NCBI GenBank assembly: GCA_030753015.1
Contig: JASMDC010000057.1
Location: 1 to 18,467 of the forward strand
Length of the DNA stretch: 18,467 nt
Direction: 5' to 3'
DNA from: Candidatus Undinarchaeales archaeon
GTDB taxonomy: Archaea; SpSt-1190; JASMDC01
Positions 1 to 8,346 of this stretch are shown one piece after another (position 1 is the stretch's first letter; each line of letters starts with the position of its first letter). The position numbers were made by a program, and so were the translations under genes. A model generated the notes under the pieces. The model had not been told where the DNA came from, did no database searches, and saw only the letters and a program-made list of their open reading frames with translations.

Positions 1-1219
1 GGATGATGTGCTCCTCGAACTGCTTCTGGGCGTTCGCCATGAGGTCCTCGGACATTGTGTCGAAGGTATTCTGCAGCCACTCGACGAGCTTATCCCGCGG
101 TACGCTCTCCTTCTTCCTGTTGTCCCGGCGCACGGTCATCACCGCGTTCTTGGCCAGGTCCTTGGGCCCCAGTTCCAGCCGGAGGGGCACACCGCGCAGC
201 TCCCAGTGAGCGTACTTCTCCCCGGCGCGCACGTCGTCCCGGTCATCGAGCTTGGCGCGGATCCCCGCCTCCTTCAGCTCGCTCTCCAGCTGGCGGCACG
301 CCTCCAGTACCGACTCTCGCGAGTCGGAGAAGATGATGGGGACGATGACAACCTGCTTGGGTGCCAGTGCCGGGGGCAGCACGAGACCTCGGTCGTCGCC
401 GTGGATCGATATGACGGACGCGACCAGCCGCTCGGACATGCCGTAGCAGGTGATGTGAGCGTACTGCTCCTCTCCGGAATCGTCCTTGTAGGTGACATTG
501 AACGGCTTGGAGAAGTTCTCGCCGAGGTTGTGGATGGTCCCGATCTGCAGGGTACGCATGTCCGGGAATAGCGTGTCGACGCCTAGCGTGTAGACGGCAC
601 CCGGGAACTTGTCCCACTCAGGTCGCTTGTTGATGATGATCGGGAGGCACAGCTGACGAGCGATCTTGTCCATGATCTCGATGTCCTCGGCCACCTGGCG
701 CTCCGCGTTCTCCCAGGTGTCGTGGGCCGTGTGGGATTCGTAGAAGCTGACGAGCTCGCGCACCCGGATGATGGGCCGTGTGTGCTTGGTCTCGTACCTG
801 AAGGTGTTTACGATCTGGTAGATCTTGAGTGGAAGGTCGTTGTGCGAGCGCACCCACAGGGAGAACATGGGGTACATGACCGTCTCGGAAGTGGGCCTGA
901 GCAGGAGCCTGCGGTCGAGCTTGTTCAGTCCTGCGTGAGTGATCCAGAACACTTCGCTCTCGAAGCCCTTGATGTGATCGCCCTCCTTCTCGAAAGCGTC
1001 CTCGGGTATCAGGCAGGGGAACTGGACCTCGTCGTGTCCCGTGGCGTCGACCTCCTTCCGAGCGATGTTCATGATGTTCCGGAGGATGCCATACCCCCAG
1101 CCCTTCCAGACGAGGCATCCCTTGATCGGGTAACGGTCGTCGACGATATCTGCCTGCCGTAATACCTCGGGGTACCACTCCTGGAAGTCCGTCTTGGCGA
1201 CGGTGAACTCCTCTGCCAT
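1..1219 (-). CDS. proS: Prolyl-tRNA synthetase, archaeal/eukaryotic type (3' end runs off window)
   Basis: Manual translation from ATG at 1219: MAEEFTVAKTDFQEWYPEVLRQADIVDDRYPIKG...LRPTSETVMYPMFSLWVRSHNDLPLKIYQIVNTFRYETKHTRPIIRVRE...PEWDKFPGA...TCYGMSERLVASVISIHGDDRGLVLPPALAPKQVVIVPI. These are class II aaRS motifs typical of archaeal ProRS. Absent from the ORF track, presumably because it has no stop in the window. Confidence 0.97.
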   Translation of the reverse strand, partial: MAEEFTVAKTDFQEWYPEVLRQADIVDDRYPIKGCLVWKGWGYGILRNIMNIARKEVDATGHDEVQFPCLIPEDAFEKEGDHIKGFESEVFWITHAGLNKLDRRLLLRPTSETVMYPMFSLWVRSHNDLPLKIYQIVNTFRYETKHTRPIIRVRELVSFYESHTAHDTWENAERQVAEDIEIMDKIARQLCLPIIINKRPEWDKFPGAVYTLGVDTLFPDMRTLQIGTIHNLGENFSKPFNVTYKDDSGEEQYAHITCYGMSERLVASVISIHGDDRGLVLPPALAPKQVVIVPIIFSDSRESVLEACRQLESELKEAGIRAKLDDRDDVRAGEKYAHWELRGVPLRLELGPKDLAKNAVMTVRRDNRKKESVPRDKLVEWLQNTFDTMSEDLMANAQKQFEEHII

Positions 1220-1242
1220 ACCCGCCCGGGGTAAGGTTGTTC

Positions 1243-1250
1243 TTTTTAAG
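1243..1250. promoter_or_regulatory. Putative shared bidirectional TATA box between proS and mre11
   Basis: TTTTTAAG (+) / CTTAAAAA (-) is centred in a 53-bp intergenic gap, 22 nt from the mre11 ATG and 23 nt from the proS ATG. This fits leaderless archaeal transcripts. Confidence 0.55.
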
Positions 1251-1272
1251 TTTTCTCCGATGAGTCATCCCA

Positions 1273-2526
1273 ATGGCGCGCGTGGGCGTGTTCTCTGACA
1301 CCCATTTCGGCTACGACTTCGGCGGCCCCCGCGGTGAGGACCCCTTTGTCCAGGCAGCCGAAGCGCTCGATCTGCTAATCGGGGACAAGTGCGGGCTCGT
1401 GCTCCACGCCGGCGACCTGTTCGACCGGCCCGTGCCCAAGCCCGACGTGCTCGGCGGCGCCATGCGGCTATTCTCGCGTGCCGTGCTCGCCCGACGAAAG
1501 CGCCCGGTCAAGCTCATCGAGGTCGTGGGGAAGGACCGGGATGATGTCACCGAGGAGATAGCCCTTGCAGGCGTCCCGATAATCGCCATCCACGGCACCC
1601 ACGAGCGTCGGCCCAAGGGCCAGCTCAATCCCATCCAGCTCATGGAGAAGGCAGGGTTCGTAATAGCGCTCCACTGCCAGTCCGTGCTCCTGGACGTCGG
1701 CGGAGTGCTGGTCGGCGTGCACGGTATGGGCGGCGTGCCCGAGCGTTTCGCCCGCGACGTGCTCCGCAAGTGGGATCCCCGATCGTTCGACGGGGCGGTG
1801 AACATGCTCCTCCTCCACCAAAATCTGTCGCCTTACCTCTACACGGGGGACGAGCCCGGACTGGAGGGTGAGGACCTCCCCAAGGGATTCGACCTCGTGG
1901 TGAACGGGCACATCCACTGGGAGGTCCAGGACGAGCTCCCCCGTGGTGGTCGCCTCCTGTGTCCCGGGAGCACCGTGCTCACGCAGCTACGGGCCACCGA
2001 GCGGGACATCCCCAAGGCGGCCTTCGCCGTGGAGATGACCAAGAAGAAGGGGATGGGCGAGGTCCGTCGGCTGCCGCTCGCCACGCCGCGTCCGTTCATC
2101 CTCGAGACCGTGAAGGTCAAGGGTGCGGGCCCGGCCCAGGTAGTGAGAGCGGTGCACAAGGCCCTTGCCAAGGCCCTCAAGGACGTGAAGGGCGACCGTA
2201 TGCCCCTGGTACGTGTCAAGCTCGAGGGCACGCTCAAGGACGGCATCACGCCCCGGGACGTCCAGCTGGGCGAGACGATGGAGGCATTCGCTGACCGGGC
2301 GCTCGTGAAGGTGGACAAGAAGCTGACAGGCGCCGACATGGAGCGCTCCAAGGCTCACCGGGCCGTGAAACGCAAGGCAGCGACGCTGGACGAGCTGGCA
2401 CGTGACGTGCTGCGCACGCGGGCCAAGGAGATGGGCGTGAAGCTCGATGCAGATGCGGTGTTCGACCGGCTGCTCGCAAATGACGTCGAGGGTATCATCG
2501 CGCTGGTGGAGGGCGAGGACGCGTGA
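1273..2526 (+). CDS. mre11: DNA double-strand break repair nuclease Mre11
   Basis: Metallophosphoesterase motifs DTHFG, GDLFD, IHGTHE (usual GNHD position), LLHQ, GHIH, and PGS. Overlaps rad50 by 4 nt (GTGA). Confidence 0.93.
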   Translation: MARVGVFSDTHFGYDFGGPRGEDPFVQAAEALDLLIGDKCGLVLHAGDLFDRPVPKPDVLGGAMRLFSRAVLARRKRPVKLIEVVGKDRDDVTEEIALAGVPIIAIHGTHERRPKGQLNPIQLMEKAGFVIALHCQSVLLDVGGVLVGVHGMGGVPERFARDVLRKWDPRSFDGAVNMLLLHQNLSPYLYTGDEPGLEGEDLPKGFDLVVNGHIHWEVQDELPRGGRLLCPGSTVLTQLRATERDIPKAAFAVEMTKKKGMGEVRRLPLATPRPFILETVKVKGAGPAQVVRAVHKALAKALKDVKGDRMPLVRVKLEGTLKDGITPRDVQLGETMEAFADRALVKVDKKLTGADMERSKAHRAVKRKAATLDELARDVLRTRAKEMGVKLDADAVFDRLLANDVEGIIALVEGEDA

Positions 2527-5219
2527 TTTCCCGTGTCCGCCTGCGCAACTGGAAGTGCCACGAGGACACCGTGCTCGTGTTCAGGCCCGGGACCAACGTA
2601 CTTGTCGGCTCCATGGGCTCGGGCAAGTCCAGCATCATCGACGCCATCACCTTCGCTCTCTTCGGTTCACTCCCCGGTATCCGCTCCCACCGTATGCGCA
2701 CCGACGACCTCATCATGTCCCGTCCGGCCCGACGGCTGGAGGCCGAGGTCGAGGTGACCTTCGACCATCACGGTGCCGAGTACACGGTAAAAAGGGTGCT
2801 GGAGCGCGGGAAGGGCACCGCCTACTGCGAGCTGCGCAAGGACGGGAAGCTTATCGAGGCTGACAAGCCCACGCCCGTGACAGCGCGTGTGGTCGAACTG
2901 CTGGGAATGGACATCGACCTGTTCCTCAACGCCGTGTACGCCGCCCAGAACGGCATCGACGAGTTCCTCACCCTGGGGAAGGGCCAGCGCATGGACCGGC
3001 TGGACGAGCTGCTCGGGATCAAGCGGCTCGAGGACGCCCGCTCGCTCCTGGTGAAGGTGATCACGCGTGTCCAGGACCGGGCCAGGGACGGGAAGGCCCA
3101 TATCGCCGAGCTGGAGCGCTCGCTGGCCGCGGTGGACACCGACGTGCTCAAGAAGGAGGTCGCGGTGCTGGCCAAGGAGGTCGACTCGCTGGAGGCCGAT
3201 GGTGAGAAGCTGTCCGAGCGTGAGGCCGCGGCCCGTGCGGAGCTGGAGAAGCTCGACGAACTGGCCAAGCGGCACGAGGAGCTCGGGCGGGTGCAGGCGA
3301 TGTTCGAGGGGAAGGAGGGACAGCTCGCCGAGCAGGAACGGACGCTGGCCGAGGAGGCAGGTGACCTTGCGGGGCGCCCCAAGGATGAGCTCGAATCCCT
3401 CCGTCACGAGACAGTGGACATCATCGCCCTGATGGAGCAGGACCGTGCCCGTCTTGCCGACCTTGGCGAGGAACGCGGGCGGCTTGAGGGCCGTGCGTCC
3501 CAGCTCCGATCCCGGGGGAAGGAGCTTGTCGAACGGCTGGGCGACAAGAAGAAGAAGGCACCCTCCTCCGAAGAGCTTGAGCAGGCTGTCACTGAGATGA
3601 GCGAGGCGCTGCGACATGAGCGAGCCCGGGGCGAGGACGTCCGGGTCAACCTCGCCGCGCTCAGGGAGGAACGGAAGGCTCTGGCGCTGCGGGCCACCGA
3701 GCTCAGGGAGAAGGCCACACGCGCCGAAGCGCTCCGACAGGATGTCCGCGACCTCGGAGCGGAGGGGGATGTCGGGATCGTCGAGGGACGGCTCAAGGGC
3801 GTGAAGGAGGAGACACGTCACCTTCGTGACCAGACCGGGATGCTCAAAGCACGCATCCAGAACCTCGACCAGGCGGCCAGCGAACTGGAGACCGCCGGTG
3901 ACGCGTGCCCCGTGTGCGACAATCCGCTCGCCGAGGATAGGAAGGAGACGCTCGTTGCCGAGAAACGGCGCAAGTCAGCGCACGTGCGTAAGAACGCCAC
4001 GAAGCTCGGCCAGCGGCTCGACGAGCGCGAGCGCGAGGAACGACGGCTCGAGCGTACCCTCGAGCGGGTGCGGACGATGCACAGGGACCTGGAGGCCCTC
4101 GGCGCAACAGAGGACGAGCTGTCCGCCCTCGAGGTACGGATAGCGGCCACCGAGAAGGAGGAGCTGATCCTCAAAGAGGACGCAGCCCGGTTCGAGCCAC
4201 TACTGGCCGAGCACGAGAAGCGCCTTGCCGAGGCCGTGGAGCGACGCGACCGGGAGCGTGAACGCGAGAGGACACGCGACGAGCTGGAGCGGGCCGAAAA
4301 GGAGCTTGCCGATGCCAAGGCCTCACTCACGAAGGTGAAGAAGGAGATGGCAGGCGTCCAGGACCGCTTCTCGGAAGAAACACTGACGGACGCACGGGCA
4401 CGGCTCGACCGCGCACGGACGGCGATGCGCCACGCCGAACTCGCAGCGGAGCTCGCCGAGGTGCAGGGCAAGCTGGAGGCCAAGCGCAAGGAGCGTGCAG
4501 CTCTCCACTACTCGCCCGACGATCATGCCAGCGTGCGGGAGACCATGGGCGGTCTGCGCGCCGAGAGCGAGGGGCTCCGCCGTGAACTGGTGGCCAAGGG
4601 CGACCTCCTCCACGAGAAGCGTGGACAGTACGCACAGGCCGAGGCCAACCGGGCGACGCTCGATGGGCAGAAGGAGCGACTGGTGCGGCTCGACGCGGGC
4701 AGTGAGGACCTCACCCGTATCAAGGGCGCCCTCTCCGATACCCAGACCATCATGCGCCAGCAGATCGTCGAGGAGATCAACGGTGTGCTCTACCCGATGT
4801 GGAAGACCCTCTATCCCTACGATGACCTGGGCGACATCCGGCTCCGAATCGGCGAGGAGGGTCGTGTCAAGGGCGACTACACCCTCGAGTTCCAGGATTC
4901 CACCGACTCGTGGATCACCGTGGACGGTATCGCTTCGGGCGGTGAGCGCTCGGTGGCCTGTCTCGCGCTCCGGGTCGCGTTCTCCCGCGTGCTCGCCCCC
5001 AACCTCTCCTGGCTGGTGTTCGACGAGCCCACCCACAACCTCGACCGACGTGGTGTGGAGGAGCTGGCAGAGACACTGCGCGATCGCCTTCCCGATCTCT
5101 TCGACCAGGTGATCATCATCTCCCATGAGGAGCAGATGGAGAACGCCATCACCGGTGCCTGCTACCGGATCTCGCGGGACAAGGCCGAGGACATGCCCGC
5201 GCGTGTCGAGGAGGTCTGA
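2523..5219 (+). CDS. rad50: DNA double-strand break repair ATPase Rad50
   Basis: Walker A GSMGSGKSS, Q-loop YAAQ, long coiled coils with central zinc hook CPVC (aa 462-465, nt 3906-3917), signature ASGGE, Walker B/D-loop LVFDEPTHNLD, H-loop ISHE. Confidence 0.96.
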   Translation: MISRVRLRNWKCHEDTVLVFRPGTNVLVGSMGSGKSSIIDAITFALFGSLPGIRSHRMRTDDLIMSRPARRLEAEVEVTFDHHGAEYTVKRVLERGKGTAYCELRKDGKLIEADKPTPVTARVVELLGMDIDLFLNAVYAAQNGIDEFLTLGKGQRMDRLDELLGIKRLEDARSLLVKVITRVQDRARDGKAHIAELERSLAAVDTDVLKKEVAVLAKEVDSLEADGEKLSEREAAARAELEKLDELAKRHEELGRVQAMFEGKEGQLAEQERTLAEEAGDLAGRPKDELESLRHETVDIIALMEQDRARLADLGEERGRLEGRASQLRSRGKELVERLGDKKKKAPSSEELEQAVTEMSEALRHERARGEDVRVNLAALREERKALALRATELREKATRAEALRQDVRDLGAEGDVGIVEGRLKGVKEETRHLRDQTGMLKARIQNLDQAASELETAGDACPVCDNPLAEDRKETLVAEKRRKSAHVRKNATKLGQRLDEREREERRLERTLERVRTMHRDLEALGATEDELSALEVRIAATEKEELILKEDAARFEPLLAEHEKRLAEAVERRDRERERERTRDELERAEKELADAKASLTKVKKEMAGVQDRFSEETLTDARARLDRARTAMRHAELAAELAEVQGKLEAKRKERAALHYSPDDHASVRETMGGLRAESEGLRRELVAKGDLLHEKRGQYAQAEANRATLDGQKERLVRLDAGSEDLTRIKGALSDTQTIMRQQIVEEINGVLYPMWKTLYPYDDLGDIRLRIGEEGRVKGDYTLEFQDSTDSWITVDGIASGGERSVACLALRVAFSRVLAPNLSWLVFDEPTHNLDRRGVEELAETLRDRLPDLFDQVIIISHEEQMENAITGACYRISRDKAEDMPARVEEV

Positions 5220-5225
5220 GCACAC

Positions 5226-5447
5226 GTGCTCGGCTCCGGCGCCCGGAAGGCCGTGGAAGCGATGATCTCTGTCCCCGTTCTCGTTTTCGGTCTGCGCATC
5301 GTCCGGGACATGCGGCAGGCACCCACTGCAGAGAACATCAGCTACTTCGTGGTATGGGTCGTCCTCTCCTCTATCTTCCTGATGTGGTCGGCCCGACATA
5401 AGTGGGATGGAACGGGGGGGGGACGTCGACGAGGACGCGCAGGATGA
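5226..5447 (+). CDS. Small hypothetical membrane protein (start uncertain)
   Basis: 73-aa ORF 6 nt after rad50 with two hydrophobic segments (MISVPVLVFGL; YFVVWVVLSSIFLMW) and a basic tail. Confidence 0.45.
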   Translation: MLGSGARKAVEAMISVPVLVFGLRIVRDMRQAPTAENISYFVVWVVLSSIFLMWSARHKWDGTGGGRRRGRAG

Positions 5448-5465
5448 GGTCTGAGACGCGGTGTG

Positions 5466-5933
5466 CTATCCCACGGTGAAATCCGAGGACTCGGTGATAC
5501 GTGTCTTGGCGTCCTTGTCTTCGACGACGACCACCTTCATCTGGTAGTCACCGGCATCGACAGGTGACTTGAGCGACAGCTTGTACACGCCCCAGTTGTC
5601 AGTACGGACGCACTTGCACATACCGCAACTAGGATCCATATCGCACATGACATCACCTTTTCGGCATCCCACGTCACCCAGTTCCGACTTGACGCACAGG
5701 ATGACCGCTCCCACCGACGCGCTCTTCACTGGGCTGCCGTCCGGCTTGGACACAGAGCCCTCCATCACGATGGGCTCGTCGGGGTAGTAGTACGACGAGA
5801 CGATCAGCGGTGTCATCTCCATGGCCGGGCCGCTGTCCATGCACCCCATCGATAGTGCGAGCGTCGCAATAAGGACCGCGGTGCAGAGGGTCCGCACTGG
5901 GCCTTGGATGCTGTCCACGTTACTGTTGACCAT
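5466..5933 (-). CDS. Secreted/lipid-anchored protein with Ig-like (carboxypeptidase-regulatory-like) domain and Cys-rich insertion
   Basis: Hydrophobic signal ending in lipobox-like LALSMGC. GSV..PDG.PV..A.V and TDNWGVY patterns are typical of beta-sandwich surface domains. TATA-like TTTTATAT on - strand near 5964-5971. Confidence 0.7.
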   Translation of the reverse strand: MVNSNVDSIQGPVRTLCTAVLIATLALSMGCMDSGPAMEMTPLIVSSYYYPDEPIVMEGSVSKPDGSPVKSASVGAVILCVKSELGDVGCRKGDVMCDMDPSCGMCKCVRTDNWGVYKLSLKSPVDAGDYQMKVVVVEDKDAKTRITESSDFTVG

Positions 5934-6068
5934 CGTTCCCCGATATGCATTCGGACCGATGAAATATAAAACGACAAGTCCCGTTGCGTGCTGGTCACGC
6001 GCGCTTGCGGGGCATGCTCCCGAAAGTTATCTAAAGGTTAATAGGCCAACATCGACGGGGGATGAACC

Positions 6069-6557
6069 ATGAAGGTCATTGAGGACTCGCCGCAGCGTCT
6101 CGTGTTCGAGGAGAGCAAGCTGTATCTCGGTATCGGCGCGGCCGTCGTCGGTGTGGTGCTGGCCGTCAGCTATGGCTATTACGGCATGGAGAGCTGGAGC
6201 GAGCTGGGGAGGCCCATGGCGCTCGTGTTCAGCCCCATCATCTTCGTCTACGGACTGGTGGAGGCCACGTACCGCGAGCACCTTACCATCGACAATGTGG
6301 CGCGGACCGTCGCGACCGAACGTCGCAGCGTCATCAAGCACGAGGGGGCGAGCTTCGGATTCAAAGAGGTCAAGAAGGTCATCATCAAGAAGGTCACCAC
6401 GCGGACCGGCTGGGTTAGGGAGTCCACCAATCACGAGATCTACGTGAACGAGGTGTGGGTGCGTAACCTCGTGTTCAACACCGGCAAGAGGATCGATGCC
6501 TTGAAGGTGGCCGCACGCCTCGAGGAAGCGACCGGAGCGAAAATCCAGGAATGGTGA
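6069..6557 (+). CDS. 2-TM membrane protein with C-terminal PH-like domain, paralog A
   Basis: Two hydrophobic helices, then beta-rich region and C-terminal amphipathic helix. Aligns by eye with the two following ORFs. GGGGGA upstream of ATG. Confidence 0.75.
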   Translation: MKVIEDSPQRLVFEESKLYLGIGAAVVGVVLAVSYGYYGMESWSELGRPMALVFSPIIFVYGLVEATYREHLTIDNVARTVATERRSVIKHEGASFGFKEVKKVIIKKVTTRTGWVRESTNHEIYVNEVWVRNLVFNTGKRIDALKVAARLEEATGAKIQEW

Positions 6558-6618
6558 CGCGATCCCTGACATCAATCTTGTTAAAGGATACGTCCTGTTG
6601 TGTAGTGAGGGCCCGGAT

Positions 6619-7161
6619 ATGAGGACCGAGGATACGGCGGAACGGTTCGTTGCATCGAGCGACTGGAAGGACCGTCTATTGGGTATCAAGGTAATGGGCG
6701 TCGCGGCCGTCCTCTCGTTCCCCACGATCATCGTGATGGAGGGGTACCTGAAGACCTACGTGTACCTCAACACGGTCGCCGTGCTGCTCCTCGTCCCCGC
6801 GCTCCTGCTCTGGGTGTTCGGTATGATCATGTTCCTGGGCGGCGGCCAGCGCGTGGAGCTCGATCATGTGGAGCGAAAGCTGTGGCTGAGCGGCCATTAC
6901 GTCAGGAACGAGAAAGCGCCCATCCCATTCGACAAGGTCAAGAAGATCATCCACTCTATCACCATCTACGATGACGGTGACGAGAACGGTCCCCCTTTCG
7001 CCCGCGACGAGGACCGTTACTACGAGCTCCACGTCAACCGCAAGCACGAGAACGACCTCGTCATCGGCACCGGTGATAAAGAGGTGGTCGAGCTGGTCCT
7101 CGGGAAGTTGAAGACCGCTACCAAGGCATCCGTTGAGCGTAGAGTCAAGTCCGACAGGTGA
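6619..7161 (+). CDS. 2-TM membrane protein with C-terminal PH-like domain, paralog B
   Basis: ATG at 6619 (GTGAGGG upstream) gives MRTEDTAERF, matching the N-termini of paralogs A and C. Shares F.KVKKII, YELHVN and LVIGTG patterns with A. Confidence 0.75.
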   Translation: MRTEDTAERFVASSDWKDRLLGIKVMGVAAVLSFPTIIVMEGYLKTYVYLNTVAVLLLVPALLLWVFGMIMFLGGGQRVELDHVERKLWLSGHYVRNEKAPIPFDKVKKIIHSITIYDDGDENGPPFARDEDRYYELHVNRKHENDLVIGTGDKEVVELVLGKLKTATKASVERRVKSDR

Positions 7162-7168
7162 TGTGACC

Positions 7169-7702
7169 ATGCGCATCATCGAGGACACGCAGGAGCACCT
7201 CCTGATCGGGAACGGCCGTCTCGAGGGGTTCATGGGTCTTGGGAAGGCAGGTCTCGTGTTCGTCCTTCTCGGTGTCGGGCTGGCCTATGGGTCCATCTTC
7301 GATTGCATGGGGAGGTATAGTCGCGACTCCTGCATCAGCTTGGGACCGATCGAGGACATCGGATCGTTCCTCATCGGGCTCGGCGCCATCGGGCTCGGCA
7401 TCGCGTTCGTGGCCTGCTGGGAGCTGATCGATATCCGGTTCGACACTGGACTGATAGAACGATGGGATTGGTCGTTCTTCGGCTCGTCCTCGAGCACACC
7501 GTCCCTCTCCGATGTCAGCCAGGTCATTATCTCGCCCATGAAAGGCCAGTCGATCGTATGGGCGGAGTACCCTGCATGGGGCCTCTTCCTCGAGGGGGTC
7601 GGGGCCCTTATGCTGGAGGAGAGCGACGAGAAGCTCGTCGAGCACGTGGCAGGGCGCATCTCCACCTATACGCAGCATCCCATAGAGCGGTCGTCGACGT
7701 AG
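7169..7702 (+). CDS. 2-TM membrane protein with C-terminal PH-like domain, paralog C
   Basis: ATG at 7169 preceded by AGGTGAT. MRIIEDTQEHLLI resembles MKVIEDSPQRLVF. Two TM helices and C-terminal VAGRISTYTQHPIER helix. Confidence 0.75.
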   Translation: MRIIEDTQEHLLIGNGRLEGFMGLGKAGLVFVLLGVGLAYGSIFDCMGRYSRDSCISLGPIEDIGSFLIGLGAIGLGIAFVACWELIDIRFDTGLIERWDWSFFGSSSSTPSLSDVSQVIISPMKGQSIVWAEYPAWGLFLEGVGALMLEESDEKLVEHVAGRISTYTQHPIERSST

Positions 7703-7705
7703 GCC

Positions 7706-8134
7706 CTAGAGCGGTTTCTCCATCAGGACGGACGTTCCCTTGTCCAAGACCTCGCGGTATCCTAATCTTTCGTAGAGCCTCTTCGCCCGATTGTCCTTGA
7801 ACACGGTGAGCTGTACGCACGGTTTCCCGACCTGCACTGCCCACTCCTCGATCGATCCCATGAGGCGGGTGCCCAGCCCTTTTCCCCGGTAACGCCCGGA
7901 GACCTGCATGTTGTCCACGTAGAACGACGTGGGCCCCTCTCTTACGGTGAAATAGGCGATCCTCCGGCTGCCGTGGCGGACGATCCTGGTGCCGTCGAGG
8001 TGGAAGTCACTGCGGAACCGTCCCGGCTCCCACCCGCCCCAGTGCCTGGTGAAGAGCACGAGCATGTTCCTTTTGGTCAATCGATAGCAGAACCGGTAAT
8101 CATGACGGGTGGCAGGAGTGATCGAAAGCTGCAT
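7706..8134 (-). CDS. GNAT family N-acetyltransferase
   Basis: Acetyl-CoA motif A QVSGRYRGKGLG, plus LTVFKDNRAKRLYERLGY. Likely start MQLSITPAT at 8134 with GAGGAG upstream; the ORF-track extension to 8449 overlaps the next gene. Confidence 0.9.
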   Translation of the reverse strand: MQLSITPATRHDYRFCYRLTKRNMLVLFTRHWGGWEPGRFRSDFHLDGTRIVRHGSRRIAYFTVREGPTSFYVDNMQVSGRYRGKGLGTRLMGSIEEWAVQVGKPCVQLTVFKDNRAKRLYERLGYREVLDKGTSVLMEKPL

Positions 8135-8346
8135 CTCCTCGACCTTGATCCTCACGCTCCTGCCATTGTCCTTGATGTATAAGAACGTGTCGACTTGAAG
8201 TGACGATGGAGGGGGAGCATGGAACAGGCCCCTCCACATACCTTCCTTGACGACCGAAGAGACATTGTAATAACGGACTTTTGTGATCGTTCGATTCTTA
8301 GCGATCCTTCCATTCTCGGATGCGGGACCACACACCCGGCAATGGA

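Noticed and set aside
3-1301. Several ORF-track frames over the first 1.3 kb (e.g. 8..571 +, 618..1301 -, 722..1162 +)
   Set aside because: They are shadow frames of proS, which occupies the minus strand from 1219 to the window edge.
4230-4300. GAGCG-rich quasi-repeats in rad50
   Set aside because: They encode Glu/Arg-rich coiled coil, not a DNA repeat array.
2667-5399. Long antisense ORFs (384 aa, 358 aa) opposite rad50
   Set aside because: Typical GC-rich antisense shadows with no recognisable motifs.
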